Assembly (NCBI GenBank): GCA_977030845.1
Contig: OZ365110.1
Span: forward strand, 22,010,001 to 22,074,000
Source of the DNA: Fimbriosthenelais zetlandica
Lineage: Eukaryota
Reading direction: 5' to 3'
DNA: 64,000 bases
Shown: piece by piece, positions 53,097-64,000 of the stretch
How positions within the stretch are numbered: position 1 is the stretch's first letter
Layout of the letters: the number at the start of each line of letters is the position of its first letter
Notes under the pieces: model-generated
What the model was told of the DNA's origin: nothing
Databases searched by the model: none
What the model saw: only the letters and a program-made list of their open reading frames with translations
Program-made: the position numbers and the translations under genes

Positions 53097-55459
53097 AACT
53101 GAGAACAAATAAGAGTTCACACTCAGAAGACTGGGTTTGGTCAGTCTCTGGCAGAATGGTCGGGGTGGTTCCAAGAGTGAATCTAGTTTGGTGTAGACAC
53201 CCTACAATTATCCCTCGTGGGAATGAAATCTGGTAGTGGATAGCAGAGAGTTGGAGTCGTCAGCAGAAGTACCTATTCCAATCCAATTGGCCGGATACAT
53301 GCCATCGAGCGATGCATCCTTACTACGCCCTATTAAAAGGTCACAGAGGAAAGAGATCCTCCTGAAACCCTCTCAGCTCTTTACCTGAAATACTTTTTTA
53401 TATTTTTTATTATTTACTTTTTTTCTGCCCACTTCCTGGTAATTGTTTATATTGGCTCGGATATGGAGGGAGGGAGAGACAGAGTAGATAGGGAAGGAGA
53501 CAACTTAAGGAGTATGAGAAGAAAGATATGGAGGGTGCATTAAAATAAAGAGTGAAATAATAAGTAGACCTAGTCGTATCTGACTAAGAAAATGGCGTGT
53601 AGACGTCTCAGTCATCCTCCATATCCTTCAGGAGCTAGGGATTCTCGGCTTTGTAAAATGAATCTGCATGCATTGGTCAAAACAAACTCCCGGACCTGAT
53701 TTCAAATGATGAACATTCATTTCATGTCTGCATCCATTACTAACTTGAAATTTCAGCTTCCGGTCCATCCCCATCCCGTCCCCTCCGCCCCTGCTCCCAC
53801 CCATCACCCAGAAGCTGCAATTTACTCCTAACCAAATCATGACCGTCTAAAACACTCACTTCCCTTTAGCAAGAAATCAAATCACTTTCCAAAGGGCTTC
53901 ATTTGATTGGGACGACCCTGTTTTACGACTATCTAATCAAGAACCCAACCTCGGCCAATGTGATCAACCGTCAGCCCCTAATGTTGTTGACAGGAGTGTT
54001 TTCTCGCTGAAAACTCACTCAGTGGAAACAGAAGGAAAATGCTTTGCCTTTCAAACCTCCTTGCTTCAAGAGTGCTCTTGCCATCTTCCATTTCCAAAAT
54101 GTCCCAGAAATTTTAAAATTTTGAAGAGGTTCCTGGCATTTTCTTAAAGTTTATAGTGTGGGATGGTGTCTGCCATACTTTTCTTCTTCTTTTCTTCTTC
54201 TTTTTCTTTCTTTTCTTGATAAGAGGTCTACCAGAGATTTTTAACATTCTGTGAGTTTCTACGTCCTTCTATTTTAATGACGCATTCCAACCAACTTGCA
54301 TGGGACTGAATTTGTTCTTAAAATTCCCCTAGTGTATTTTTAATGAGAAATGTTTGCTGAACTTACCAATAAATGCCCATTTGAAGTAAATACATTTCAG
54401 AGGAACTCAACACGCAACATTTGACTCGGAGACATCTCTGTAGTTAAATCCACTTACCTTGCTTTATAGTTTAAAATGTTTAAGCATTTTACTCATGTGC
54501 CTTTTAGATCCATTACAGAAGAAGGGCAGGGGAACTTATATTCATGCAAATATGCGGCCCTGCATATCACTGCAAGTTTTGCACTTCCACCTCGATTGTA
54601 TTGCCTTTCCTGAACCCAGTGTTGCCCTTTAAAGAGAATGTTAAATGTAGATGGTGGAAAATAACGTGATGGCAGGATGGAGGTGAAACATTTGTAAATT
54701 CCCTGACAAGATCTCATTAGATGTGAGGAGAGAAGGGCTAGCCTGACCACCCCAGAGTCATCACTCCTGGTGAAGACGTGGGCATGCGGCCTCTGTAGGC
54801 AGGAGGAAGGTGGGTAGTTCAGGCCCTATGTGATTGTATATATCCTCCAGGGTTGACACTGAAGGTCATGGGTGACTCAGAGGAATATATATGAAGGGGG
54901 GAATACATTAAAGATGGATATGTGGTGATACCGGCTCGTGGAATGCATGGAAAATATATCAAAAGAAATGATGAGGCTTCATGGGGTCGGCAGAGGCTAT
55001 TATCTGTCCTTTCTGAAGCGAGATCCGGTTAAAAAGAGGATTTTGTGAATTATAATTTTATACCAATATATAGCAGTCCATCAACTCAGGAAAGAAAGCT
55101 AATATTCCAGATATTCAATCCTATACACCTTGAAAGTACCATCAGCTAAAGGTAGGGGTTCTCAGAACATGATGATAAAAAATCTTCATCAAAGGAAGAC
55201 AAGTGGTTGGGGAGAGGATTCATCTGGCGCTGAGTTGTGTGGCGTCGATGCAATCTAACCTGTAGCTCTGCACGCTATTAAAGGGCCCTGAGATAAAGCG
55301 GAAGTGCATCTCTCTATATCCGGTGACAGGTTTATGGGGATGTGATTCTCCTGTCTTCCTCCTCTTGACTGAGGTCCTTGTATTCAAGCATTACCCAGTG
55401 TATGACGGTGAATCTTGTTATAGCCCACTTCCTATTGCTCCACGGTTCACATTGTACAG

Positions 55460-55638
55460 TCTCTCTCTCTATCGTTCTCTCTCTCCCTCCTCTATCCTCT
55501 CTTTCTCTGCTCTCTTCCCCACTAGCCCTGTCTCTTTCTCCCTCTCTCGCGATCTCTCACTCTCCCCCTCCTCTCTCCCTCTCCCTCTCTCGAGATCTCT
55601 CCCTCTCCCTCTCTTTCTCTATTTCGCTCTCTTTCTCC
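55460..55638. repeat. About 180-nt CT-rich polypyrimidine tract
   Basis: Read directly; explains the chance ORFs at 55323-55658. Confidence 0.95.
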
Positions 55639-56058
55639 GTAATGCTAAGGTAGACTAGTTCATTCCAAGACCAACCAGCTTCCCTGTACAAGGGGATCTT
55701 TTGACAGCCAGGTTCAGAACAGGTGGCTGTGGGTTCCTGGAAGTCCGGGCGTCCCAGATCAGATCCCAAAATGCATCGAATGGTCTCTGTTAAATTTATT
55801 ATTATTGCTAGTATAAACCACAACAGCTATGTGGAGGGAGATGATCAGTATTAAGTACCTTACGTGCCTAGGAAACATTATGACAGTGAACAAACCATGT
55901 ACTGTTAATAATGACGTATTCAGTCCTGCTATAAAAACAAGGTACCATGGCCATTGTGCCAACATGTAATTGATCTAAATTCACTGCGAATCATGAGCGT
56001 GGCTTTGGGACAGGCTTGCCTTTCTTTACTTGATCCATTGTCCCCTCTGTTTTAACAG

Positions 56059-56298
56059 CTGAATCGGGATTGCTGGACGGTTCCAATGAAAAAACAATGA
56101 AGAAAGAGCAGCTGAGATAAAGATGTGATGGCAGTAACACTGAAATGCTCCATAATCCTAAATAGCAACACCCGTCTCTGGCCGTGCACATGAGCAGTTC
56201 CTTACACACTTCCTCTTGCGCCTGCGGGGGAGTGTATTTCCTGTTGCATTGTCTCACAAGCTTTCCCATGTAAGCCCGCCCCCTGTATTTACAGAAGG
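56059..56298 (+). other. Candidate non-coding exon with two alternative donors
   Basis: Long pyrimidine tract ending TGTTTTAACAG (56058); donors CAT|GTAAGC (56270) and AGG|GTAAGC (56299); stops in all three entry frames. Confidence 0.4.
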
Positions 56299-59200
56299 GT
56301 AAGCCTGATGAGCAGATGTGAGCAAATGGGCAAATTCCAGTAGAGACAACCCTGGCAGTAGCCTCTCTCCTTCTCTCATAAGACTGGCCTTTTATCTTTC
56401 AAGGAATCTCAACAAATGAACTACTTTAATGCTTTTCAAGGCCTTGGATTCCTGGCGAGTGGCAAAGAATGTAATCAAGTGAATTATTTCACGAAAAACT
56501 TCGGTTCTTCCCAACATTTCGCACTATTTCTGTGTACTGAATCAGGTATTCTACACTGAGGTATCGCACTAGTATAATATTACATAAAAATAATTGTAGC
56601 GATGGCATTAAAATTCAGGACAAATATGTATGTATTTACATAGTATGCAGGGATGGCTCTGCTCTTTAATCAACTCAAAATTTGTCAAATTTACTTGCAA
56701 GAACATATAGATGAGACAGTTGTGCATGATTTGACTATACTAGTGATACAACTGAATCTATCATTTCCTAATTACCATGGGAACTACTACATATGTACCT
56801 TCCACATGTCGGGCTAAACTATTTAATTAAATTTGAGTGTGAAGGCAGGTCCACATGTAAACATGGTGAGTACACTGCCAAGCACCAACGTTGCCTCATA
56901 TTAAATAGCATACAAAAATTTCTTCTCATTTGAAAACTTTCTCATACTTCAAGAACTTTGTCCTCCAAATTGCCTTTGCCACGTGCATTGTCAATATACG
57001 AATAGTAGTTCAGTGCAAAAAGGCTGAAAGAAATCACCATGAAAGTTTTTCCCGTGGTATTAAGGGGTCTCTGCAGGGAATGCTCATTAGGCGTGGACCT
57101 GACAGGGCGATTTTTTTTCTCTAAAAGAATGCTGTTAGGTTCAATGACCTGCCCCCACCACACGCCATCATGTTAGAGCTTAACTGGCTCGATGAGGGGG
57201 TGGAGGAGGAGTCTTATTATCGCTAACAATCATTAAAATATTTCTAAAGGAATACTACCGGCATCAATGTAGGGCCTACATGACATTTCCTACTATATAC
57301 CGAGTTTTGTAATAATCAGTAAACATTCTGAGAACTGCTGAAGTAAAAGTTTCCCATGTTAAGTAAATTTTCTTTCGCAGGCTTATTCATATGTACATTA
57401 AGAAACTGCCATTTTTAGAAAAGAAAAAAAATAAGGGAAAATGGGACCTCAGAACCATAAAACACACAAGGGGAAAACAAATGAGGCAAAACATTGGAAT
57501 CAATAAGTCTGAGAGACGGAGGGCCTTGGCAAGGCAGACCATTAGCCTGAAGTATTACCTCAGATTGACTGTACCTCCAGGTACCCCAAATCCTGGTCCA
57601 AACTTTGACTAAGCCCCTTAATGGTTATATGCCTTTCTCTCCACGTTCCGGAGAATTAATTGTCTTGGATGGAAATTTATGATGAATACTGCATGATCAT
57701 TAGACTACTCACTAGTCTTCCTTGGTAAAAAGCGCTGTAATTGTGAAGAACAAGTTTGCTTTCTTTCTATTCAGTCCACATAGTTAACATAGTTATTGTA
57801 TAATAAGTGTCAGCTGGAACAATGCAAATGTATTTCAAATTCTTTTGAATTGTGTAGTAGCATTACATTTTGAGAATTTTGCTCTAACTTTCCTAATTAA
57901 TGAAACATTTCGGAAGAATAGTTGTCTTTATCCCTTTGCCCATTTAGTACCCTATGGGTCGAATTTTACATGAAATAAATTAATCAAACAGTAGTCAGAT
58001 TAGTGTTCATATTGCATTGAAGCCTTAAGGAAAGTCACTGTAAAGACCGTGAAAGAACATTGACTTGCGTGTAATCGTCCTGACATCTATTATTCTAAAG
58101 CCATTTTCCATGATGATAGATGACAAATATTCATGTTGTAGGCCTAATGGTGGCAAAATTGAAATTCATTCCAGAATGCCACCTACCTTGGAAGTAGAAA
58201 CGCCCTGTGTAATGTAATATTAAAATTTTCAGCGTTGAATCTATCAATGTCAGGTCAATGGACCCAACCTCAAATTTTCGTCTCCACTGAATTTACTCAT
58301 CTTCAAAGCATCAAGTAGAAAATGGGTTCATCTCTGCTGAGGATCATCCAAACCTTTAAGCTCAAACAGAGAAAATCTATTTTTAATCTATGTGAAAGAA
58401 AGTCTACTTTTACCGTTAAACCTTTCATGCTGCATTACGTTGATGATTGTGTATTAAAATAATTATGTATAATTATCTGACCAGCAGGCTCTTTGTTAAA
58501 GATATAAAATATATATAAAACTGTCGGGAATACAAAAAGAAAGCGTCTCATAACTGTCCATTTATCATTTTAAACGGTTATGGAGTCTATGATATTTAGT
58601 TTTGTGGTATAGATTAATGGCCAGCCATTTATGAAAAACACGTACATTTGCAGCAACCACCTGCTCCATATGCATCATTCTTTAAAATCTATTTATTCTT
58701 GTCCTATAATTGCTCGAGTAACATGGGCCTGCAAGTCTCCAACTGAAGCTGAAATAATACTTATACCTGGGCTCCACTAAGGTGATATTAAACTGATAAA
58801 TCGCCACGCAGAAATTTCGGTTCAGACAAGAGATGATTTAGCTAGCTTGAAGTGATAATCTCTCCACTGAAATTATGAGATAACGATTTGTTCTCAGAGT
58901 ATCTTTCAGTTTTTGGCAAAGCGAAGTCTCACATTAAACTGTGGTATATTATACATGGGTAATGTCAATGTAATGAAGTCCCCAGCATATCGTATATACA
59001 ACATGGCCATGACGACCAATCTCTAATGGATTCCTCATATAAAAGGTTTCTTGTGTACTTATCCTTATCACCATTATCCTGTGCTAATGGTGATTGTAAT
59101 AGGCAGTTATGATCCACTTCCCTCTATATGAATTTTACTATAATGCATCTCAAAAATGTCAGTGAAATTGCTTTAACTTGTCCATACGATGAAGTATTAT

Positions 59201-59320
59201 AGTACCTATCATTTTATACTATTATAGTATAGGGGTTAAACTATGGGTAATGACTATAGGTAATAAATAAGTTGATTTTTAATATAGATTTGTAATCAGT
59301 TTTATGTTTCTGTTTTTCAG

Positions 59321-59367
59321 GTTCGTTTTACTTACTTGGTCTCCATTTCCCTAACTAAAAGGAATCT
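59321..59367 (+). other. Candidate 47-nt exon starting with GT
   Basis: TTTTATGTTTCTGTTTTTCAG ends 59320; exon begins GTTCGT; donor TCT|GTGAGT at 59368. Confidence 0.42.
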
Positions 59368-59590
59368 GTGAGTATATCTTAAACAATGAGATTGAGGCAC
59401 GTTATCTGATCATAGAACCATCTGGTTCTATATCTATATCTGATATCAAGGTTATCCATAATATTATTTCTCTCGCGAATGGAGAAGATTCTTTTACAAT
59501 TGTAGAGAAAGAAGCAATGCATTATGTCAATGCATTCCCTGAATAGGTTACTATGTCTTTCAGAACAGAATTCTAGTTTCCATTTTACAG

Positions 59591-59703
59591 ATATTTGATC
59601 ACATACAATCCTGTAAATTTAATAGCCCCACCCTACCCCCCATCAATCCACCTGAAATCGATAGTCCATTTGCACACCTTGACCCAGAAACTTTGCGAGT
59701 CAG
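59591..59703 (+). other. Candidate 113-nt exon
   Basis: TTTCCATTTTACAG ends 59590; perfect donor CAG|GTAAGT at 59704; two frames open (IFDHIQSCKFNSPTLPPINPPEIDSPFAHLDPETLRV and YLITYNPVNLIAPPYPPSIHLKSIVHLHTLTQKLCES); neither recognised. Confidence 0.45.
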
Positions 59704-62700
59704 GTAAGTTGTATAACTGCACCAAAGCTTTGCGTTTTGCTACTGCGGCCAAAAAGTGATGTGAAAATCCCCTATTAGCTAACACATACATGATACCCTT
59801 CGGTCAGGGCCATCTGCAATTTCTAGAAAAATGTATTTGATTACAATATTAATGTCCTTGTATATTAACTAAGATGAGGCCTCTCCAGGCCTTCACACTA
59901 CTCCCCGAGAAAGTAGGAATACAGGTACTACTTTTTCTGTGATACTGCACTACAGGGAACTCCCTGGGACATCCCAGGCCAGATATCACATTGCCAGACC
60001 TAATAGTCTAGTGAGATGATCACAGGCTTTGGCAGAGTAGAACATTCGCTGCCACCTTATTTGAACACTGAATGTAGGCTCTATTTTCCATAACCTTTGA
60101 TCATGCATCAATGACAGATTTTACCATCTTCCTAGAACTGTCGTCGAGGCAGCAATGCAGTTCCATGGTCTGTTGGTGTCTGTTTAACATACACAATAAT
60201 CTGTTACATGTAATAATTTAACATGTATATACAAGGCAGTTGCCACAATGCATTGTCTTATGCTTGCCCTTCCCTTTTCCCAACTCAGGCCTGTCTCATG
60301 AAATAAGTGCCAACTACGAATGCAAGGATGCTATATTGGGCGGCAAAATAATTATATCATCAAGTTCTAGCCCCGAGCTCATAAAATTCAAATGCCATTT
60401 TGAGCCTGACAACAGGACTCCATATGCCCACTTTTTTGAATCATTGTTTAAAATAATGTCAACTGTCATTGTATCAAATGACATTCTCTAAATGATTCTC
60501 CCAGCATATTGTAAGCACAAAAATCTTTCCCAGCCTGGAGGACTCCATTGAAATAAATGTGATAAAATATGGCATTCTGCTGCAGTTTTTTGCAGCAGTT
60601 TTTTAAATAATAGTTTTATTCAGTATGCCTGTTTGGTCACGAACGATTTTTTTCAAAACCATCCATTCAGACATTAGGGCTGAAAATGGACTTACTGGGT
60701 GTGAACAAGCATTGATTTCAGATTCTATTGGTCATAAAATCGAGGCATGAAAGCCCTGATCTGATACAGGCAGAACGCTTTTGACAAGTTATCACGTTTG
60801 CTTTGGGAATAATTTTAAATTGATGCCTAAATCATTCCTAATTCCAAAAGAATATTCAATGAGTCTGCTCTGCTAAAACATGTGAAGCGGCTTTGATTAA
60901 GGTTTTTACAGCGGTCGTTTTTGTCTTTTGGTAAAATTATGCAGATCGCAGTTTGGATTTTTACCAAAAAGTGTTTACACAAACTTGGGGATATAAAAAA
61001 TATTGATTTTATCTAAAATCAGTCACTGTAAACAACATATTGTTTAATGTGCAAAATTATCTCAAGATTTTTGTTGGATAACTTGCGTGTATAACTATAC
61101 CAAAAATGTATTTTTTTTCCTGCGATGTATGGAAATCGATTTTCAGGCTTCAGTCTTTTCCCAAATGGAAAAAGGGCCTATACTAGAATCACTGATGTAA
61201 GAACCATGCTGTACCGCCCTCAATGATGCATCATATCTGACAACCAGAAAAAAAATGATGAAAACTCTTTTCACCCTTTGCTCAACCCCCGAGCTGCCTA
61301 ACAGGGAATGAATATTTGCGGTCAGACATTTATCAGAGGTCTGGCCAGGCCTCTCTAACCAACATGAAAGAGGGGGGTTACCTTGGTCGGAAATGAGCTT
61401 GGTTCGATGAGGAAAATGACCTAACTTTGAAGTCTTTCATTCCTCTGAGTATGACAAGCCGCTGCTCTGCTTTCCTCCATCTGATAAAAGTAATATCACG
61501 AGCAGGGCAAGAGGAAATATATGTAATTAGTCACCAAGATCAGACAAGAAATCTATGTAGGTCTACTTATTCTCAGAACAGATTCTGGTTTCCACATGGG
61601 ATCTCTTTGCCATGAGAACTAATCTTTTGGGCTCATTTTCTAATTGCTGAAACTATTCTAATGTGTTGAGCAACACTGCATATTTGTTAATGAGGGAAAT
61701 ATTGATGTTTTATGTCTCCTACCTACCAATCCTGCTATTCCTACCAATGAGCATTAAATTGTATAACTTCCTGTGTGCTGATAGACGGGTAAAAGGATCT
61801 GAATAGACAGAAGGAAGCGTTGAAATTCACTCCAACTTGGCTTTCATACTCAGGACAAACTTGAAGTAATTTTTACTTCTATGTGAACGAATGGTTCTTT
61901 GACATTTGACATGCACCAGACCTTTATAGGCAGTTGTCAATGATTAAGTTGTCAAGATTTAAACATACATCAAGTGATGTCAACGTTGATCAAAGCTCTG
62001 CTCGATGATTGGATATATATATATTCTAGATTGGACCATTGGCATTGTGACATTTTCCTTTTGTCACTAAACCCGATTGTCCTTGCATGGCTTAAACCAG
62101 ATATATACATACATGTATATGTATAATATTGAAGACATTATCAATTACATTTAAATGTATCCATATCTTTAATGTATTATGTAATATGGCAGGCTTGCTG
62201 AGACTGCTGGACAAGGCCTTAAGCAGTCTGTTACCAAGGTAACTATTATTGGCTGTCCTCAATCTCCCCTGCATTGCCCATGCACCATGTACAAAATGGT
62301 ATCCACCGGAGGCTTGGACCCGGGCATAGTAACCAAGCACAACTTTGCGTCCCGGGGCCTGATAGACTTGATATCTACTGACATGACTCACTTTGGGATT
62401 GCATGTCGTATAGCCAGCTAATCAGGCCTCGTCATGCAATTTAGAATTGATTATTAAAGTTCCTTTTCTTTCTTGCCGTGCTGGAGAAAATTCTGACTTT
62501 TATACATGTCATATTGAATTATTTGTCTTAGTGGAAACTAATAATTTTAGATGTATAGGCCCCTATGACTACATCAACTTTTTATATATCAGAATGAATT
62601 TATGTCATGATTTGAATTACAATCTTTGACCTAATTTCAAATAACTTAAAAAGTCCATGTGAAAGGAATATGGATAAAACGTATGGAGAAGAAACTAAAT

Positions 62701-63032
62701 TCTCCTGAATGTACCACCCTCTGTGGATCATAATAATGACATTGGAGATGATCAGGTGGCATTATGCTAGACAATGGTTGTGTTTTTCCTGCCACCCCCT
62801 TTTTTAGACGATCCTAATTGCAGTTTTATTTTTAAGTTACCTTATCATGGAAATGTCATTGAAATGCCAAGGCGTCAAACGTTGATTGCTTCAATATTGT
62901 GGCATTAATACTGCCATTGGAGCTGGTGTTTTTACCAACACTACAACAGCCTTGAATGCCATAAGACACCAGTAGAAGGTTCGGGACTTGGACTGCGATA
63001 AAATATTCATATTTTAATTCATTCTCATTCAG

Positions 63033-63043
63033 ATCTGTCTCAA
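63033..63043 (+). other. Candidate 11-nt microexon
   Basis: TTTTAATTCATTCTCATTCAG|ATCTGTCTCAA|GTAAGT. Confidence 0.2.
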
Positions 63044-63721
63044 GTAAGTGAACATCTACCTCATTTGTTTCTTTGAGAATGTGCCGTCAAGGGGAAATGT
63101 TAAACCTAAATCATCCTGATTCCTGTTGTAGAAAGCAATACATTCAGATTGCCATTATAGGGGTTTCCCTGCAGCTGGTATTTCAGCATCCATTTGGATA
63201 TCCCAAACGTTTTTCATATGAAATGTCGACGGTCTTCTAACTGTTACATACTCACTGAAAATGTTCTATACTCGCTGGAAATGTAGTTTTTAACCTATAC
63301 TCTGGTCATTTGAGACTCACGATTCAACGGGCAATTTCTCTTCAATTTATTGCACTCAAAAAACGAATTAAGGGTTGGGTTTCTGCCTAAAAGCCTCTAA
63401 AGCCGTTACGGAATACAAAGTGCTAGGCCACATGCGCCATTTCCTCCGGGTTGCCCCATGTTTTATGGGCCTATTCCCCTTTTCCTCGGAGATTGGTTTC
63501 TTTTTCTCTTTCAACACCTGCTATGGAGCTTTGTAGAGATCATATAAACTTCCTGTGTTCCTACTAAAGCAACCCCCTCACACCTCAAACACCCCCAGCC
63601 TATAGGTAAATAACCGACGCCCTCAGTCAACCTCCTTGCGCAGGAGAAAGTAGTCCCCCTGAGCGATATTTGGGAGAATGGTTGCTGTTTGAAGAACTTA
63701 ATGCCACCCTGGAGGGCGATC

Positions 63722-63733
63722 TGCGCATGCGCA
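63722..63733. promoter_or_regulatory. Perfect NRF1/P3A2/Erect-wing consensus site
   Basis: TGCGCATGCGCA in a locally GC-rich block; CCAAT at 63854. Confidence 0.5.
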
Positions 63734-63887
63734 AGGACAGGCTATAATCGTGTCACTAATTGAAGTGAACATCACAAACATTTCCCCTGAAGCCTTCCAC
63801 CGAAAATAAACATAAAATAAAAAGGTGAGGAACGTCAGGTACAGAAACGCCTGCCAATAGCAGCTTTGAGACCTTTCTTTTCCAAGC

Positions 63888-63921
63888 CTGTCCGGGACAA
63901 CTATAAGGTTGTCCTGGACAG
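63888..63921. repeat. 14-bp-arm hairpin with one G-T pair
   Basis: CTGTCCGGGACAAC-TATAAG-GTTGTCCTGGACAG. Confidence 0.85.
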
Positions 63922-64000
63922 CTGTTTCTCCTTTTCACTACTCGATCCTTTCCTTTCACACTCTTGTCAGATTTGCCCGTGATTTAAATCACTTAATTGT

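Noticed and set aside
62295-62330. Minus-strand CCCGGGTCCAAGCCTCCGGTGG resembling a tRNA T-arm
   Set aside because: No A box or cloverleaf upstream.
1-64000. CRISPR arrays, rRNA, intact tRNA, snRNA, prokaryotic operons, intact transposase or RT genes
   Set aside because: None seen; the direct repeats lack unique spacers and no long coding region exists.

Overview
AT-rich (roughly 60% AT by eye) eukaryotic, essentially non-coding DNA. I recognise no protein-coding gene, rRNA, tRNA gene, known miRNA or CRISPR array, and the ORF track looks like chance ORFs. Composition, over-represented TAGGCCTA/TACATGTA words and MITE/SINE debris suggest a marine invertebrate, probably echinoderm-like (inference, unverified). 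The window reads best as the interior of a very large + strand transcription unit with short, mostly non-coding candidate exons (1550-1609, 26052-26345, 56059-56298, 59321-59367, 59591-59703). The strongest signal is two recursive-splicing-like sites. Each has a branch point, U-rich tract and CAG immediately followed by a 5' splice site (18341|18342 CAG|GTAAGG; 45066|45067 CAG|GTATGT), then a perfect second donor 32 and 42 nt later. This matches the ratchet-point/RS-exon layout known from Drosophila and long vertebrate neural genes. Secondary signals: a TA-GGCC-TA / TA-CATG-TA word family resembling Tc1/mariner excision scars, a 60-75 bp mini inverted-repeat family, a tRNA-derived SINE head, tandem duplications, microsatellites, several motif clusters and one 230-codon minus-strand frame with a single stop. 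All coordinates and counts are manual.
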